From: Candidatus Mcinerneyibacterium aminivorans
Lineage (GTDB): Bacteria; Macinerneyibacteriota; Macinerneyibacteria; Macinerneyibacteriales; Macinerneyibacteriaceae
Length of the DNA: 64,000 nt
Assembly (NCBI GenBank): GCA_008086245.1
Contig: VSIX01000004.1
Span: forward strand, 6,988-70,987
Direction: 5' to 3'
The notes under the pieces were generated by a model. The model saw only the letters and a list, made by a program, of their open reading frames with translations, made no database searches and was not told the DNA's origin. This document shows, one piece after another, positions 10,701-20,460 of this stretch; position 1 is the first letter of the stretch; every line of letters starts with the position of its first letter. The translations under genes were made by a program, and so were the position numbers.

Positions 10701-12136
10701 TTTATGTTATCATAATATTTATATGGTTTTATGAATCTTTCAATGAAAAAGAGAAAAATGATTGGCTGGATTCAGTATACAAGCAGCTGGATGAGGAAAA
10801 TTTTGAAAATTACAAATTAAGAATAAAAATACTGATGCAGATTAGGATGAAGGGTGTAAATGCTAAAATAATTAGAGATATTGGTAGAATTAAATTTGAT
10901 CTGCAGGATTATTTTGATATTTATCTTTATTTATATCTGGGTATTAATAAGGCTTATTATAGAAAAAATAACAATAAAGAATTTCTTTCATTAATCAACT
11001 ATTTGTTGAATTACTATAAAATGTTTTACAATAAATTTAAAAATAAAAATTTGCTGGAGTTGACAATTTTTCCTTCGCTTAGAAAGACTTTTAAAAAATA
11101 TTTTCCGGTTTTCTTTGAAAGTTTTTTGTTAAATAATGGAAAAATGATTAGAAGTTATGGAAATATAGGCTCTTATATGGATAAAATCCATTTTTATGAG
11201 GAGGAAAAAAGCAAAAGTTTTATCAGTAATATGTTAAAAGAAACTTTAAATACAAGCAAGTATGATAGGGCTATATTTTATAGTGTTGATGGGAATAAAA
11301 AAAGAAAAGAAGTATCTGTAGTTACAGATAAACTTATTTATGTTAGTAACAGGAAAACATATTTCGAGAAATATTATGATAATTTGGGGAAGGATATCTT
11401 AATACATAAGATGAAAGGTAATTATATAAAAAAGGCTGTTTTGATTCCTATAATTGATAAAAGTATTTATAAGAGATATGAATACAAGAAAAAGCATAAA
11501 ATGAAATTGAATAATGTAAAATTTAAATATTTGAATGGAGTTGTCTATCTGGATAAGAAAAATACTGTTATAGTTGAAAATGAAGAAACAATTTTCAAAT
11601 TTGTTCAAAGCTACTTCTCACAATACTGGGAAAAACATACTATCCAAAGGAAATTTCTAAGAGATAATTTGACAAATTTATTTTTAAAAGAAGAGTTCAT
11701 GAAAAGAAGTAAAGAATATATAAATAATGATAATATTAAAAATAAAAAATACTCAATAATTATGGCAGATCTGGATAATTTTAAAAATATTAATGATACA
11801 TTCGGGCACCAGAAAGGTGATGAAGTTTTAAAAGGAATTTCAGGTATAATAAAAAAGAATATCAGACCTTTTGATATTGCTGCAAGATACGGTGGTGAAG
11901 AATTTATTATAGGACTTGAAAATACTGATCTATATACTGCCGGAAAAATTGCAGAAAGAATTCGAAGAAAGATAGAGGAAAAACAGCTGATGAAAAATAT
12001 AAGAAATCTTACAATTAGTATAGGTGTATCAAATTATCCAAAGGATTCTATTCTTTTAACAGAATTGATAAGCAAAGCAGATTCTCGCTTATATAAGGCA
12101 AAAAGACAGGGTAAAAATCAGGTTTGTAAAATATAA
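7775..12136 (+). CDS. Large diguanylate cyclase: degenerate kinase-like N-terminus, central TPR-like region, GAF-like region, C-terminal GGDEF
   Basis: N-terminal RYRINSKI...TLK...YHGDL. TPR-like helices (AHNGMGVIFVHKGEHEKARKHF). C-terminal DLDNFKNINDTFGHQKGD and RPFD..ARYGGEEF. Confidence 0.85.
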   Translation: MRLINKRYRINSKISKSRNGIYYKVKDIYDKKIRTLKFFNSDKYSDTELEEFRKEFVFRSNIDLPCFNEVDEFSTVWNIDNNNLNSDYCFYTIKNDNTSKILSGYKFKNKKDKLNIFRKIKFYLDYLHKNGFYHGDLSENSIEISENKNIIFTKFNIHGSKKKDLRDFKKLKEKYNIDNRDLQKIDIKKEELFRFLKQNFNFKLNFNTQLREDIDQKFYNVLSGDKSVIFNLSNFDRDYYIAASSYLRANLLTHNYKVFTIEGNSDILNILKKFIKNVNKHKQFSNFIKENRDFVKMIFNKKLSNLNFNKIFSFIRNLVEKMTLKNNIAVIFNDLNSISKEKIKYFRKIINNFDGNKLILILNDNKLLFENNFNNNNIAYIKYDVSPTRSEYSKYNLKKLSNLFFYIEINKKLDVLRKHNYFDIHKIISYIINIYSRKPETGSEILNEETLTELIHSEYYIIDFYFEKEYKRLLSFLCNMNKPVFLKYLRNHVKNLDEKVRVLIDAKILKFNQSKYLGFYDVNYDDYISKKFNNLDDDFRKNIHYSIIQIYEEKLENLNNDELIALAYNYYYVNEHEKLKNLLIDYFIRNYRINRSFFKSKIKNLLNLLISNLDRVDTINKNIRAIYLLTNTLFKNPEDLKKREVELKAIEKLNVTDKQIKFIIIKELFEIYYRLNDKDRLDEYFNEASKLLPYLEFIDQIHVYNMLIDYYFNQNQPAMVKKMCNLIMRKIYDKRDKYRYIYLNIINKLALYYSSNNKHQKQLNTYRLLLKRANEFKFRRYIMIAHNGMGVIFVHKGEHEKARKHFSKILELASKVYDYDFLITGNINIAIVNQNFDEVKKYYLQALKYAEKINKYNNILLILTNLFEIISDRKLYNLIKKHEAKIKNSEYCLNNFRHYGHFYYMIILLLMRMNKLDSIYEYYEILKNLNISKDNTYYSYYELLILVYEKLLGNVAIDYTKIKNLMYEVESYFLEIYVIIIFIWFYESFNEKEKNDWLDSVYKQLDEENFENYKLRIKILMQIRMKGVNAKIIRDIGRIKFDLQDYFDIYLYLYLGINKAYYRKNNNKEFLSLINYLLNYYKMFYNKFKNKNLLELTIFPSLRKTFKKYFPVFFESFLLNNGKMIRSYGNIGSYMDKIHFYEEEKSKSFISNMLKETLNTSKYDRAIFYSVDGNKKRKEVSVVTDKLIYVSNRKTYFEKYYDNLGKDILIHKMKGNYIKKAVLIPIIDKSIYKRYEYKKKHKMKLNNVKFKYLNGVVYLDKKNTVIVENEETIFKFVQSYFSQYWEKHTIQRKFLRDNLTNLFLKEEFMKRSKEYINNDNIKNKKYSIIMADLDNFKNINDTFGHQKGDEVLKGISGIIKKNIRPFDIAARYGGEEFIIGLENTDLYTAGKIAERIRRKIEEKQLMKNIRNLTISIGVSNYPKDSILLTELISKADSRLYKAKRQGKNQVCKI

Positions 12137-12344
12137 AATGAGAAATAATTAAGCTTTATGAATATGGTTTAGATTTTCATTTATAAATATCAACTTATTT
12201 TTTATCAAAATTAACCTGTAATGACCAAATAAAAATATTAGTAAATAAATATGTTAAAACGGTTATATTTTTTTATGGAAATTCCGAATTAAATATATTA
12301 CAATAATCTTATAAAAATTCATAAAAGATGGGAGATGAACAGCT

Positions 12345-12926
12345 ATGAATATCATAGATGTTATAAAGAAAAGAAGAAGTATTAGAAAATTTCAAAGTAA
12401 AAATGTTAAAAATGAAATTATAAAGGAATTGCTGAAAACGGCCACAAAAGCACCATCTGCTAAAAATGATCAGCCCTGGAGATTTGTTATATTGAAAAAC
12501 GAAAGAAAAGATAAAATTGCCGATTTTATGATTGAAAATGCAAATGAACTTGAAAAAGAGGGCTGCGGAACGGGGAGTATAAAACCTTCTGCAAAAACAA
12601 TAAAACAGGCTCCAGTATTAATTGTTGTTTATAATACAAATCATAAATTATATAAAGATGTGGAAAAAAAATATCGTGATATTTGGCGTTCCGTTGACAT
12701 TCAATCCATAGGGGCTGTCATTCAGACACTTCTTCTGGCTTCTGTTGATAAGGGAATTGGGACCCTTTGGATTTGTGATATATTTATAGCAGAAGAAAAA
12801 ATTAATAGTTACCTGAAAAATAAAGAAGATGAACTTGTTGCTGCTATAAGTTTGGGATATCCAGCAGAAGAACCTCCACCAGTAAAAAGAAAACATCTAG
12901 ATGAGGTAACTGAATGGCAAACTTGA
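12345..12926 (+). CDS. Nitroreductase-family protein
   Basis: IKKRRSIRKF, APSAKNDQPWRF and GIGTLW motifs. Confidence 0.92.
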   Translation: MNIIDVIKKRRSIRKFQSKNVKNEIIKELLKTATKAPSAKNDQPWRFVILKNERKDKIADFMIENANELEKEGCGTGSIKPSAKTIKQAPVLIVVYNTNHKLYKDVEKKYRDIWRSVDIQSIGAVIQTLLLASVDKGIGTLWICDIFIAEEKINSYLKNKEDELVAAISLGYPAEEPPPVKRKHLDEVTEWQT

Positions 12927-13179
12927 TGCATTTTTTTTAATTATTTTTTGTTTTCACTAACATCTTGGGAAAAAGTTTCTGCAAATAAATTATAATCATT
13001 ATAAAGAAACAAGCTATTTTTTCATAATCAAACTCCTTATTTTTGTAAATATTGTAGTAAAAAATTAAATATTTAAAACTATAGAATATCATAAAGATAA
13101 AATTACTTTAATTCTGATTTTATATTGAAATGATAGAAAAGATGATTACTATTTAGTTAGAAATAAAATAGAGGTTTTT

Positions 13180-14085
13180 ATGGTTGAAATTATTATAAAT
13201 AAAATATTACCTATAATAGTAATATATTTTATAGGATTTTTTTTAAAAGAGCTTAAGGTTTTTAATAAAAAAAGCGGAAGTTTATTTTTAAAGCTTGTAT
13301 TTTATCTGGGGTTACCCTCTTTAATAATTACTTCGTTTTCCAAAATAGAAATATCAAAAAAACTTTTCTTTATACCGCTATCGGCCGGGATAGTATTTTT
13401 TTCTATTTTTTTTATTTCTCTCTTTTTCACAAAATTTGCCGGGATTAAGGGGAAAGATAGAGGAGTTTTTTTGATTTCAACCATGATAATGAATATTGGA
13501 TTTGTCCTTCCGTTTTTTATTACAGTTTTTGGGGAAGAAGGACTTGCCAAAATGAGCCTTTTCAATTTTGGAAATGGATTTTTAGTAATGACTTTTGCTT
13601 ATGTTACAGCCTGTAGATATGGGGGAAGTAATACAGAATTAAAAAATATTATTAAAAAGGTTGTTTATTCTCCGCCGATATGGGCAATAATAATTGGATT
13701 GATGCTAAATGTATCAAGGATTTCCATACCCGTTTCTGTAAATAATATATTAACCGAATTCGGGAATACAGTTGTTCCTTTAACGATGCTTGCGCTGGGG
13801 ATATTTTTCAATCTCCGATTTGAAAATTTTAAAATTTCATTCTCAGCATTTTTTATAAGAACTTTTGTAGGATTGATAATAGGATGTCTAATGACCGTTA
13901 TTTTTGGCCTGAAGGGGTTAAATGGACTTACCGTAATTGTTGGAGCTTCTGCTCCCGTTGGCTATAACACGTTGACGTTTTCTACGATGGAAGATTTAAA
14001 TGTGGAGCTGGCTGCCAGTGTTGTTTCGATATCTATTATTTTTAGTTTATTTTTTGTCCCTTTTCTTATTTTGATTTTAAAATAA
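13180..14085 (+). CDS. AEC (auxin efflux carrier)-family transporter
   Basis: About 10 TM helices; LVFYLGLPSLI, MNIGFVLP, SPPIWA and SAPVG motifs. Confidence 0.88.
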   Translation: MVEIIINKILPIIVIYFIGFFLKELKVFNKKSGSLFLKLVFYLGLPSLIITSFSKIEISKKLFFIPLSAGIVFFSIFFISLFFTKFAGIKGKDRGVFLISTMIMNIGFVLPFFITVFGEEGLAKMSLFNFGNGFLVMTFAYVTACRYGGSNTELKNIIKKVVYSPPIWAIIIGLMLNVSRISIPVSVNNILTEFGNTVVPLTMLALGIFFNLRFENFKISFSAFFIRTFVGLIIGCLMTVIFGLKGLNGLTVIVGASAPVGYNTLTFSTMEDLNVELAASVVSISIIFSLFFVPFLILILK

Positions 14086-14095
14086 AGGAGAATAT

Positions 14096-14962
14096 ATGAG
14101 AACCACATATGAATGTATCCCATGTGCATTTAAGCAGGGAATTAATGTAGCAAAATCTCTTAATATGGAAGAGAAAAAATTAAAAACTATGATTCAGGAA
14201 ATACTAAAATATTTATCTAAGATGGATTATGCAGAAACGACACCCCCGGAGCTTGCAAAAGTTGTTTATGAAATAATATATAAATATACAGAAGTTGAGG
14301 ATCCTTTTAAACAAAGTAAAGAATACTATAATAAAAAGCTTCTTACAATTCAGGATGACTTAAAAAAATATTTGAAAAACCACAATGATTTTGATGAACT
14401 ATTAAAATTCGTAATTTCTGGAAACATAATTGATTTTGGAGCCATACATGATTTATCGGAGGAGGAAATATTTAAAACTATTGAAAATATAGAGGATAAC
14501 ATGTTATCAATCGATCATTCAAGTTTAATGGAAAAAGCAGTTAAAAATGCGAACAGTATCTTCTATATAGGGGATAACTGCGGGGAGATTGTTTTTGACA
14601 AACTTTTTATATCATATTTAAAAGATTCATATAAAATTAATAAAATTTATTTTGGAGTTAGGGGTGGTCCGATTATTAATGATATTACCAGGGAAGATGC
14701 CCTTGAAACCGGGATTAATGAATTGGCAGAAATATATGATACAGGCGTGAAAGCTCCCGGGGTTTTACTTGACAATTTAAAGAAAGATTTTAAGGATAAA
14801 TTATTTGAAGCAGATCTTGTTATAGCCAAAGGACAGGGAAATTTTGAATCTCTGAGTAGTATTAAAAGAGATAATATGTTTTTTTTATTTATGGCTAAAT
14901 GTTCGGTTGTAGCAGATAAATTAGGGGTAAAAGAAAAGAGTCTTATCTGCAAAAAAATTTAA
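14096..14962 (+). CDS. ARMT1-like/DUF89 damage-control phosphatase
   Basis: ECIPC, SGNIIDFG, GDNCGEIVFD, PIINDIT and KGQGNFESL motifs. Confidence 0.92.
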   Translation: MRTTYECIPCAFKQGINVAKSLNMEEKKLKTMIQEILKYLSKMDYAETTPPELAKVVYEIIYKYTEVEDPFKQSKEYYNKKLLTIQDDLKKYLKNHNDFDELLKFVISGNIIDFGAIHDLSEEEIFKTIENIEDNMLSIDHSSLMEKAVKNANSIFYIGDNCGEIVFDKLFISYLKDSYKINKIYFGVRGGPIINDITREDALETGINELAEIYDTGVKAPGVLLDNLKKDFKDKLFEADLVIAKGQGNFESLSSIKRDNMFFLFMAKCSVVADKLGVKEKSLICKKI

Positions 14963-15052
14963 TTTTAAAATTATTCGTAATATTATTATCATTTTTTGTT
15001 TTTTTATATAAAAATTTATTATATAATAGAAAATAGAATGAAGGAGGTTTTT

Positions 15053-16033
15053 TTGAAAAAATATATTATAATCCTTTTAATCGCACCTTTTTTAGTTATA
15101 GGCTGTAAATCGGAGTTAGAATCAGCTGCGAAAACAGAAAATGAGAATCAGAAAAATACAATAAATTATAAAATTGAAAAAATCAAGAATGAAAATTTCC
15201 CTTCTCAATTAATTAATATTGAAAAAAAGCTTGATTATGTTAAAAATAAATATCAGGAGTATTTAATTTCCTATAAATCTGATGGGTTGAAAATTTTTGG
15301 AAAGATGAATATCCCCGATCAGGAAATTCCGGAAAATGGATTTCCTGTTGTTATAATAAATCATGGATATATTCCACCAAATAAATACGATACGGATAAT
15401 TCCTACAGGCTGGTGGACGGTTTTTTTGCTTCTTCCGGGTTTATTACCCTGAAATCAGATTATAGAGGCTGGAATAACTCGGAAAAACTTGAAAATTCTG
15501 TATATAACAGGCTGGGGCTTGTAAGGGATATAAAATATTTGCTGGAAGCAATCCCCAATATAGAGGAAGCCGATGAGAATAATGTTTTTGTTTTTGGACA
15601 TTCCATGGGCGGGGAGGTAACATTAAAACTTCTGCAAACAATAGATGACAATAAATTACGTGCTGCTTCTTTGTGGGCTCCCTGCTATGAATATTATCCC
15701 GAGGTTTCCTTATACTTTATAAGAGATGATGGGGAGAATGAAGAAATGGCCCAAAAAAGAAGGAAGAAAATCTTATCTTATATTCCCGAAAAGGATTTCC
15801 CTTTATATTCAGTTACTAATTATGTTAATTATATTGATATCCCCATTATTCTTCATCATGGAACAATGGATAAAAGTGTTCCCTTTCAGTGGAGTTTAAA
15901 TCTTGTTGAAGAATTAAAAAAACACGGTAAAGACTATACTTTTTACAGTTATAAAGATGACCACAATCTTTCTAATAATTTTTTTAGTGTTCTTGCAAGG
16001 GATGTGAAATTTTTTAAGAAGAACATTCAGTAA
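15053..16033 (+). CDS. Lipoprotein alpha/beta hydrolase (S9-like)
   Basis: TTG at 15053 after aaggagg; lipobox VIGC; HGYIPP, nucleophile GHSMGG, HHGTMDKSVP and DDHNL motifs. Confidence 0.85.
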   Translation: MKKYIIILLIAPFLVIGCKSELESAAKTENENQKNTINYKIEKIKNENFPSQLINIEKKLDYVKNKYQEYLISYKSDGLKIFGKMNIPDQEIPENGFPVVIINHGYIPPNKYDTDNSYRLVDGFFASSGFITLKSDYRGWNNSEKLENSVYNRLGLVRDIKYLLEAIPNIEEADENNVFVFGHSMGGEVTLKLLQTIDDNKLRAASLWAPCYEYYPEVSLYFIRDDGENEEMAQKRRKKILSYIPEKDFPLYSVTNYVNYIDIPIILHHGTMDKSVPFQWSLNLVEELKKHGKDYTFYSYKDDHNLSNNFFSVLARDVKFFKKNIQ

Positions 16034-16120
16034 TTCCAGTATTGTTGAACAATAAGATTCTTTCTTTTTTCTGAAACATCCGGATTATCAAAGCTGTCTA
16101 TTTATAAAAGGAGATAGATT

Positions 16121-17251
16121 ATGCAAAGAAAAATATTTATTATATTTATAGCTGTTGCAATAATTATTGCTGCAGGCTGCGGGGGAAATTATTCTGTTGA
16201 TCAAAAAAATGGTTATAGGTTTATTGAAAATAAAATTAAAAATCCGGAAAACAAGCAGTTAAAGAAAATAAGGTCAAAAAAACTGAAAAATAAATATCTT
16301 TATTATCCCTATTTCAGCAAAAATAAAATTGTTACATTTTATTATGATGAATCCAGGAATAAGAATATAGGCGTTTTTGATAAAAATTTAAATTTACTTG
16401 AAAGTACAAATCTCAAAAAAGGGAAAGGTCCCGGAGAAATTATGATGGAAGCTGCTATAGGAATATATAAAGATAAAATATATATAGCAGATTTGCAGAA
16501 AAAATCATTTGAAATCTTTGATAGCAGGCTAGAATATCATGATACAGTTTTAATGAATAATGTGGTTAGTGCGATGTATAGAAATCCGAGTGAGATTGAT
16601 ATAAATCAAAACGGATTTTATTTTTCACCTACAATTCCTTATTCCGTAATAAATTTAAAATTTAATGGTGAATTAAATGCTAAAATAAAAAGTGATAAAA
16701 ATGTAGAGGAGAATCCTCATAGAATTTGGGGTTGGAATTACTGTCTTCTTGATGCTTATAAGGATAATGTATTTGTAACATACCCCTCCAGGTCTTCAAA
16801 ATACATAATTAGAAAATATGATAAAAACCTAAATCTGATTTGGGAAAATATAATCTATGATCAGTATAAAGATATATTGAAAAAAAGCTATATTCAAAAA
16901 AATGATGGCTCTACACAGCCTAAAGGATCTTATAAGGTAAATGATATAAAAGTTTATAAAGACAAAATTTATTTATTAAGGGGTGTAGGAGGAGAACAGG
17001 TGTGGAATGGGAAACATTCAAAGTATCATATTGAGGAAATTGAGGGTGTGAACAATGGTTTTATCGATGTATTTGACAGCCAAAACGGGAAATATCTTTT
17101 TAGAATTAAAACAGAATTTTTAAATACTAAAATAACTTATGATTTTGATATAAGTAATGATAAATTTTATTTTTACAGCAATGTATTTTATCTTGATGGC
17201 AATAAAATTGATAAAGATTCGAATGTGTTAACGGTTGCAAAATTGAAGTAA
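16121..17251 (+). CDS. Lipoprotein with probable 6-bladed beta-propeller
   Basis: Lipobox AAGC; KGKGPGE and KIYIAD blade motifs. Confidence 0.7.
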   Translation: MQRKIFIIFIAVAIIIAAGCGGNYSVDQKNGYRFIENKIKNPENKQLKKIRSKKLKNKYLYYPYFSKNKIVTFYYDESRNKNIGVFDKNLNLLESTNLKKGKGPGEIMMEAAIGIYKDKIYIADLQKKSFEIFDSRLEYHDTVLMNNVVSAMYRNPSEIDINQNGFYFSPTIPYSVINLKFNGELNAKIKSDKNVEENPHRIWGWNYCLLDAYKDNVFVTYPSRSSKYIIRKYDKNLNLIWENIIYDQYKDILKKSYIQKNDGSTQPKGSYKVNDIKVYKDKIYLLRGVGGEQVWNGKHSKYHIEEIEGVNNGFIDVFDSQNGKYLFRIKTEFLNTKITYDFDISNDKFYFYSNVFYLDGNKIDKDSNVLTVAKLK

Positions 17252-17428
17252 AGATTACTATTTTTCGATTAAATAATTAAGTAATTTCATGATGTGTAAC
17301 GCTTGATACGTAACCGGTATGATTGTAGTGATTACAGACAGCAGAAAACACAATTTCTCTTTATTTTTAATTCTACAACATTATAATATTTATATAGGAA
17401 AAATTATTTTCTGCTGGAGGAGCTGGGT

Positions 17429-18271
17429 TTGAGGTTTAAAAAAATATTTTTTGTTTTTTTTCTAATATTTATATTTTTATTTTTTTTAGTTGCGGTTAAT
17501 GGTATTTCTCCTTCTGATATAAATAAAAATTTAAAAATTTCCGAATCAAAACTGCTGGATCTGGATAAAGTATATGTGAAAAAAGTGATTGATGGAGATA
17601 CTTTTAAAACTAATGATAATAAATCTATTAGGTTGATCGGCATCAATACTCCAGAAATAGAGCATCACGATCAAAAAGTAGAATATTTTGGCAGGGAGGC
17701 AGCAAAATATACTAAAGACCGAATAGAAGGGAAAACGGTATTTCTAGAATACGGGATTCAAAAGCGGGATAAATATCAGAGAGTTTTGGCTTATGTATAT
17801 CTTTTAGATGGAACCTTTTTTAATGCAGAGCTTGTTAAAAAAGGGTATGCCGACCTTATGACAATTCCTCCCAATATTAAATATACGGATCTGTTTCAAA
17901 AACTGGCAAAAGAAGCAAGAATTGAAAATAGGGGACTCTGGGATAATCCGGGTTTATCAAAAAAAAATAATTTAAAAGAGATAAACTGGAGAAAAGCAGG
18001 GGAGTTTGTCGGTGAGGAAGTTGCTGTAACAGGGAAAGTCATCGATACTTATGATTCTGGAAAAGCAATATTTTTAAATTATCATAAAGATTACAAACAT
18101 ACATTTACTGCAGTTATTTTTAAAAGTGATGAATATAAGTTCAATTTTGAACCCGAAAAATATTATTTGAACAAAAAAATAAAAGTAAAAGGAAAGATTA
18201 AAGTATATAAGGGAGCACCGGAGATAATTGTTGAAGAGCCCTCACAAATCAAATTAATAAATCCCCGGTAA
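17429..18271 (+). CDS. Thermonuclease (SNase) family protein with C-terminal OB-fold domain, N-terminally membrane-anchored
   Basis: VIDGDT, IRLIGINTPE, DKYQRVLAYV and NAELVKKGYA motifs; C-terminal GKIKVYKGAPEI. Confidence 0.9.
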   Translation: MRFKKIFFVFFLIFIFLFFLVAVNGISPSDINKNLKISESKLLDLDKVYVKKVIDGDTFKTNDNKSIRLIGINTPEIEHHDQKVEYFGREAAKYTKDRIEGKTVFLEYGIQKRDKYQRVLAYVYLLDGTFFNAELVKKGYADLMTIPPNIKYTDLFQKLAKEARIENRGLWDNPGLSKKNNLKEINWRKAGEFVGEEVAVTGKVIDTYDSGKAIFLNYHKDYKHTFTAVIFKSDEYKFNFEPEKYYLNKKIKVKGKIKVYKGAPEIIVEEPSQIKLINPR

Positions 18272-18327
18272 CTTCATGATTGTCCTGCAGATAATCTATA
18301 TTTTAAGAAAATATAAAGGATTGGTAT

Positions 18328-19443
18328 ATGAGTAAAGTGTATTTGGGAAAATGTGAAGAGTACGATAAGAAAAAAATTAAAACAATTTTGAAAAAAGCTT
18401 TTAAAGAACTGGGAGGTATTGATTTTGTTAAAAATAAAAAAATACTTCTAAACCCAAATCTTTTAGCTCCTGCTGAACCTGAAAAAGCAGTTACAACCCA
18501 TCCCTCAGTTCTGGAAGCAACCGGTCAAATAGTTCAGGAACACGGTGGGGAAGTTTTTGTAGGAGACAGCCCGGGAATGGGAACATTTAAAATTTTATAT
18601 CGAAAAACCGGGATTGAAAAGGTTGTCAGGGAAAATGGGTTTAAGTTTGCTAATTTTAAAGATAAAATTCAGGTCCCCAATAAAGATGGTAAGATTGTAA
18701 AAAATTTTACGCTTGCTAAGGCATATAGGGAAGTTGATATAGTTTTTTCACTTGCAAAATTAAAAACTCACGGGATGGCCTACTATACAGGAGCCATCAA
18801 AAATCTTTTTGGAATGGTGCCGGGTTTACTCAAGCCTCAATTCCATTATAAATTTTCCGATAAAGAACTGTTTGCCCAGATGCTTGTTGATCTGAATTTT
18901 GCCATAAAACCCGAACTGGCAATTATTGATGGTATAGTCGCAATGGAAGGGGATGGTCCCAGAAATGGTAATCCAAGAAATATAAATTCGTTATTGATTT
19001 CAAGGGATTTTGTAGCTGCTGATAGTGTTGCATGCAGACTGGTTAATATTGACCCCCGGGAAATTATTCATATCAGGAAGGGAAGCGAAAGTAATCTAGG
19101 TGAGATGGAAAAAAAAAGAATAGAAATTGTAGGAGATATTTTTGATGATTTGAAAGTATCAAAATTCAAACAACCTCCAAAAGAAACTAAAGTGGATAGC
19201 GTCGTACCGCTGCCGGGATTTATAAAAAAAATTGTTAAAAAGATTCTAGTCCCGAAACCCAAATTCGATCATAAAAAATGCATTTTATGTAAAGAATGTA
19301 TAAAGATATGCCCCTCCAAACCGAAAAGTTTAAAAATAAAGGATAACAAAATAAAAATTAATCGAAATTCCTGTATCAAATGTTTTTGCTGCCAGGAAAT
19401 GTGTCCGGCGGGAGCTATAAATGCAAGAAGATTCGTTTTGTAA
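18328..19443 (+). CDS. DUF362 protein with C-terminal 2x[4Fe-4S] ferredoxin domain
   Basis: PNLL...VTTHP, KLKTH and GAIKNLFG motifs; CILCKECIKICP and CIKCFCCQEMCP. Confidence 0.92.
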   Translation: MSKVYLGKCEEYDKKKIKTILKKAFKELGGIDFVKNKKILLNPNLLAPAEPEKAVTTHPSVLEATGQIVQEHGGEVFVGDSPGMGTFKILYRKTGIEKVVRENGFKFANFKDKIQVPNKDGKIVKNFTLAKAYREVDIVFSLAKLKTHGMAYYTGAIKNLFGMVPGLLKPQFHYKFSDKELFAQMLVDLNFAIKPELAIIDGIVAMEGDGPRNGNPRNINSLLISRDFVAADSVACRLVNIDPREIIHIRKGSESNLGEMEKKRIEIVGDIFDDLKVSKFKQPPKETKVDSVVPLPGFIKKIVKKILVPKPKFDHKKCILCKECIKICPSKPKSLKIKDNKIKINRNSCIKCFCCQEMCPAGAINARRFVL

Positions 19444-19604
19444 AATAGAAATTATTTAATTTCTTATAAAAAAATGAGCTTTATATTCTTAAATTTATCC
19501 CGGATAAAATTATAAATATTATCAATATATAATATTTTTATTAAAATATTGAAAATAAACATATTAAATGTTATCGTAAATGTATAGTAAAAAAGGAATC
19601 TAAG

Positions 19605-20459
19605 ATGGATTTGAAAATCTTATCAGATAATAAATTATTTCAATCAGTCAATGTTGAAAAATTAAATTCTTCGGGTGTTGATTTCAATCAGATTTTTAAA
19701 CAGATTAGATTTAATGAAAACGAGGTTGTAATTAAGCAGGGGAACAGGGCCAATAAGCTATATTTAATAAAATCAGGGTCCGTAGTTATTAAAAAGAAAG
19801 TAGATAAAAATAAAAAAGTGGCGGTGAATAAGCTGTATAAGAATGATTTTTTTGGAGAGCTTGGAATTTTATTGCCCCGAAGAGAAAGAACAGCAATGGT
19901 TATTGCAGATACTGAACTGGATCTGTATGTTATAAATAGGGAAAATCTTTTTTTTCTTATTAAAAAATGTAAACAAATAAAAAACAATATGCTTAAAAAT
20001 ATTGCACGAATTATTGAAAATTCCGATAAGAAAAAGCTGGCCGAAAAATTACAAGAGGATGTCATTTTTGATTTATATGAAAATATTAAAAATAATAGTA
20101 AAAAGAAAGACAAGACTACAGAGAGAAGGCATAGATTTACTGTTAAAAAAAATAAAAAATTTATAGTAATCCAGGAGAATGAGGTTTTTTATTTCAGTTC
20201 TGATAAAAATTACAGTTTTATCCATGTTTATGATAAGCACTATTTTTATAATAAAAGTTTAAAGAAGGTGGAGAAAGAGCTTGATAAATCAAAATTTATG
20301 CGAATACATCGGAAATACATAATATCCTGCGATAAAGTTTCCCAAATTAACAAAGAAGCTTCAAGACAATATTATGTAGTGCTTAAAGATGACAATAAAA
20401 CAAGATTGAAGGTCGGACGCACCTTTATAAAAAAATTAAAAAACAGATTTGACATTTAA
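19605..20459 (+). CDS. cNMP-binding domain-LytTR DNA-binding domain transcriptional regulator
   Basis: N-terminal IKQGNRANKLYLIKSGSV and FFGELGI...RTAMVIA. C-terminal SLKKVEKELDKSKFMRIHRKYII...LKVGRTF (LytTR). Confidence 0.88.
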   Translation: MDLKILSDNKLFQSVNVEKLNSSGVDFNQIFKQIRFNENEVVIKQGNRANKLYLIKSGSVVIKKKVDKNKKVAVNKLYKNDFFGELGILLPRRERTAMVIADTELDLYVINRENLFFLIKKCKQIKNNMLKNIARIIENSDKKKLAEKLQEDVIFDLYENIKNNSKKKDKTTERRHRFTVKKNKKFIVIQENEVFYFSSDKNYSFIHVYDKHYFYNKSLKKVEKELDKSKFMRIHRKYIISCDKVSQINKEASRQYYVVLKDDNKTRLKVGRTFIKKLKNRFDI

Positions 20460-20460
20460 G

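Noticed and set aside
12915-12930. Sigma-54 -24/-12 promoter TGGCAAACTTGATGCA
   Set aside because: It has correct GG-N10-GC spacing, but it overlaps the nitroreductase stop codon, lies 250 nt from the next start and deviates in the core, so it is probably chance.
19494-19508. Palindrome TTTATCC-C-GGATAAA upstream of the cNMP-LytTR gene (and TATTGTT-G-AACAATA near 16048)
   Set aside because: These are single short AT-rich palindromes with no second copy seen, which is not enough to call operators.
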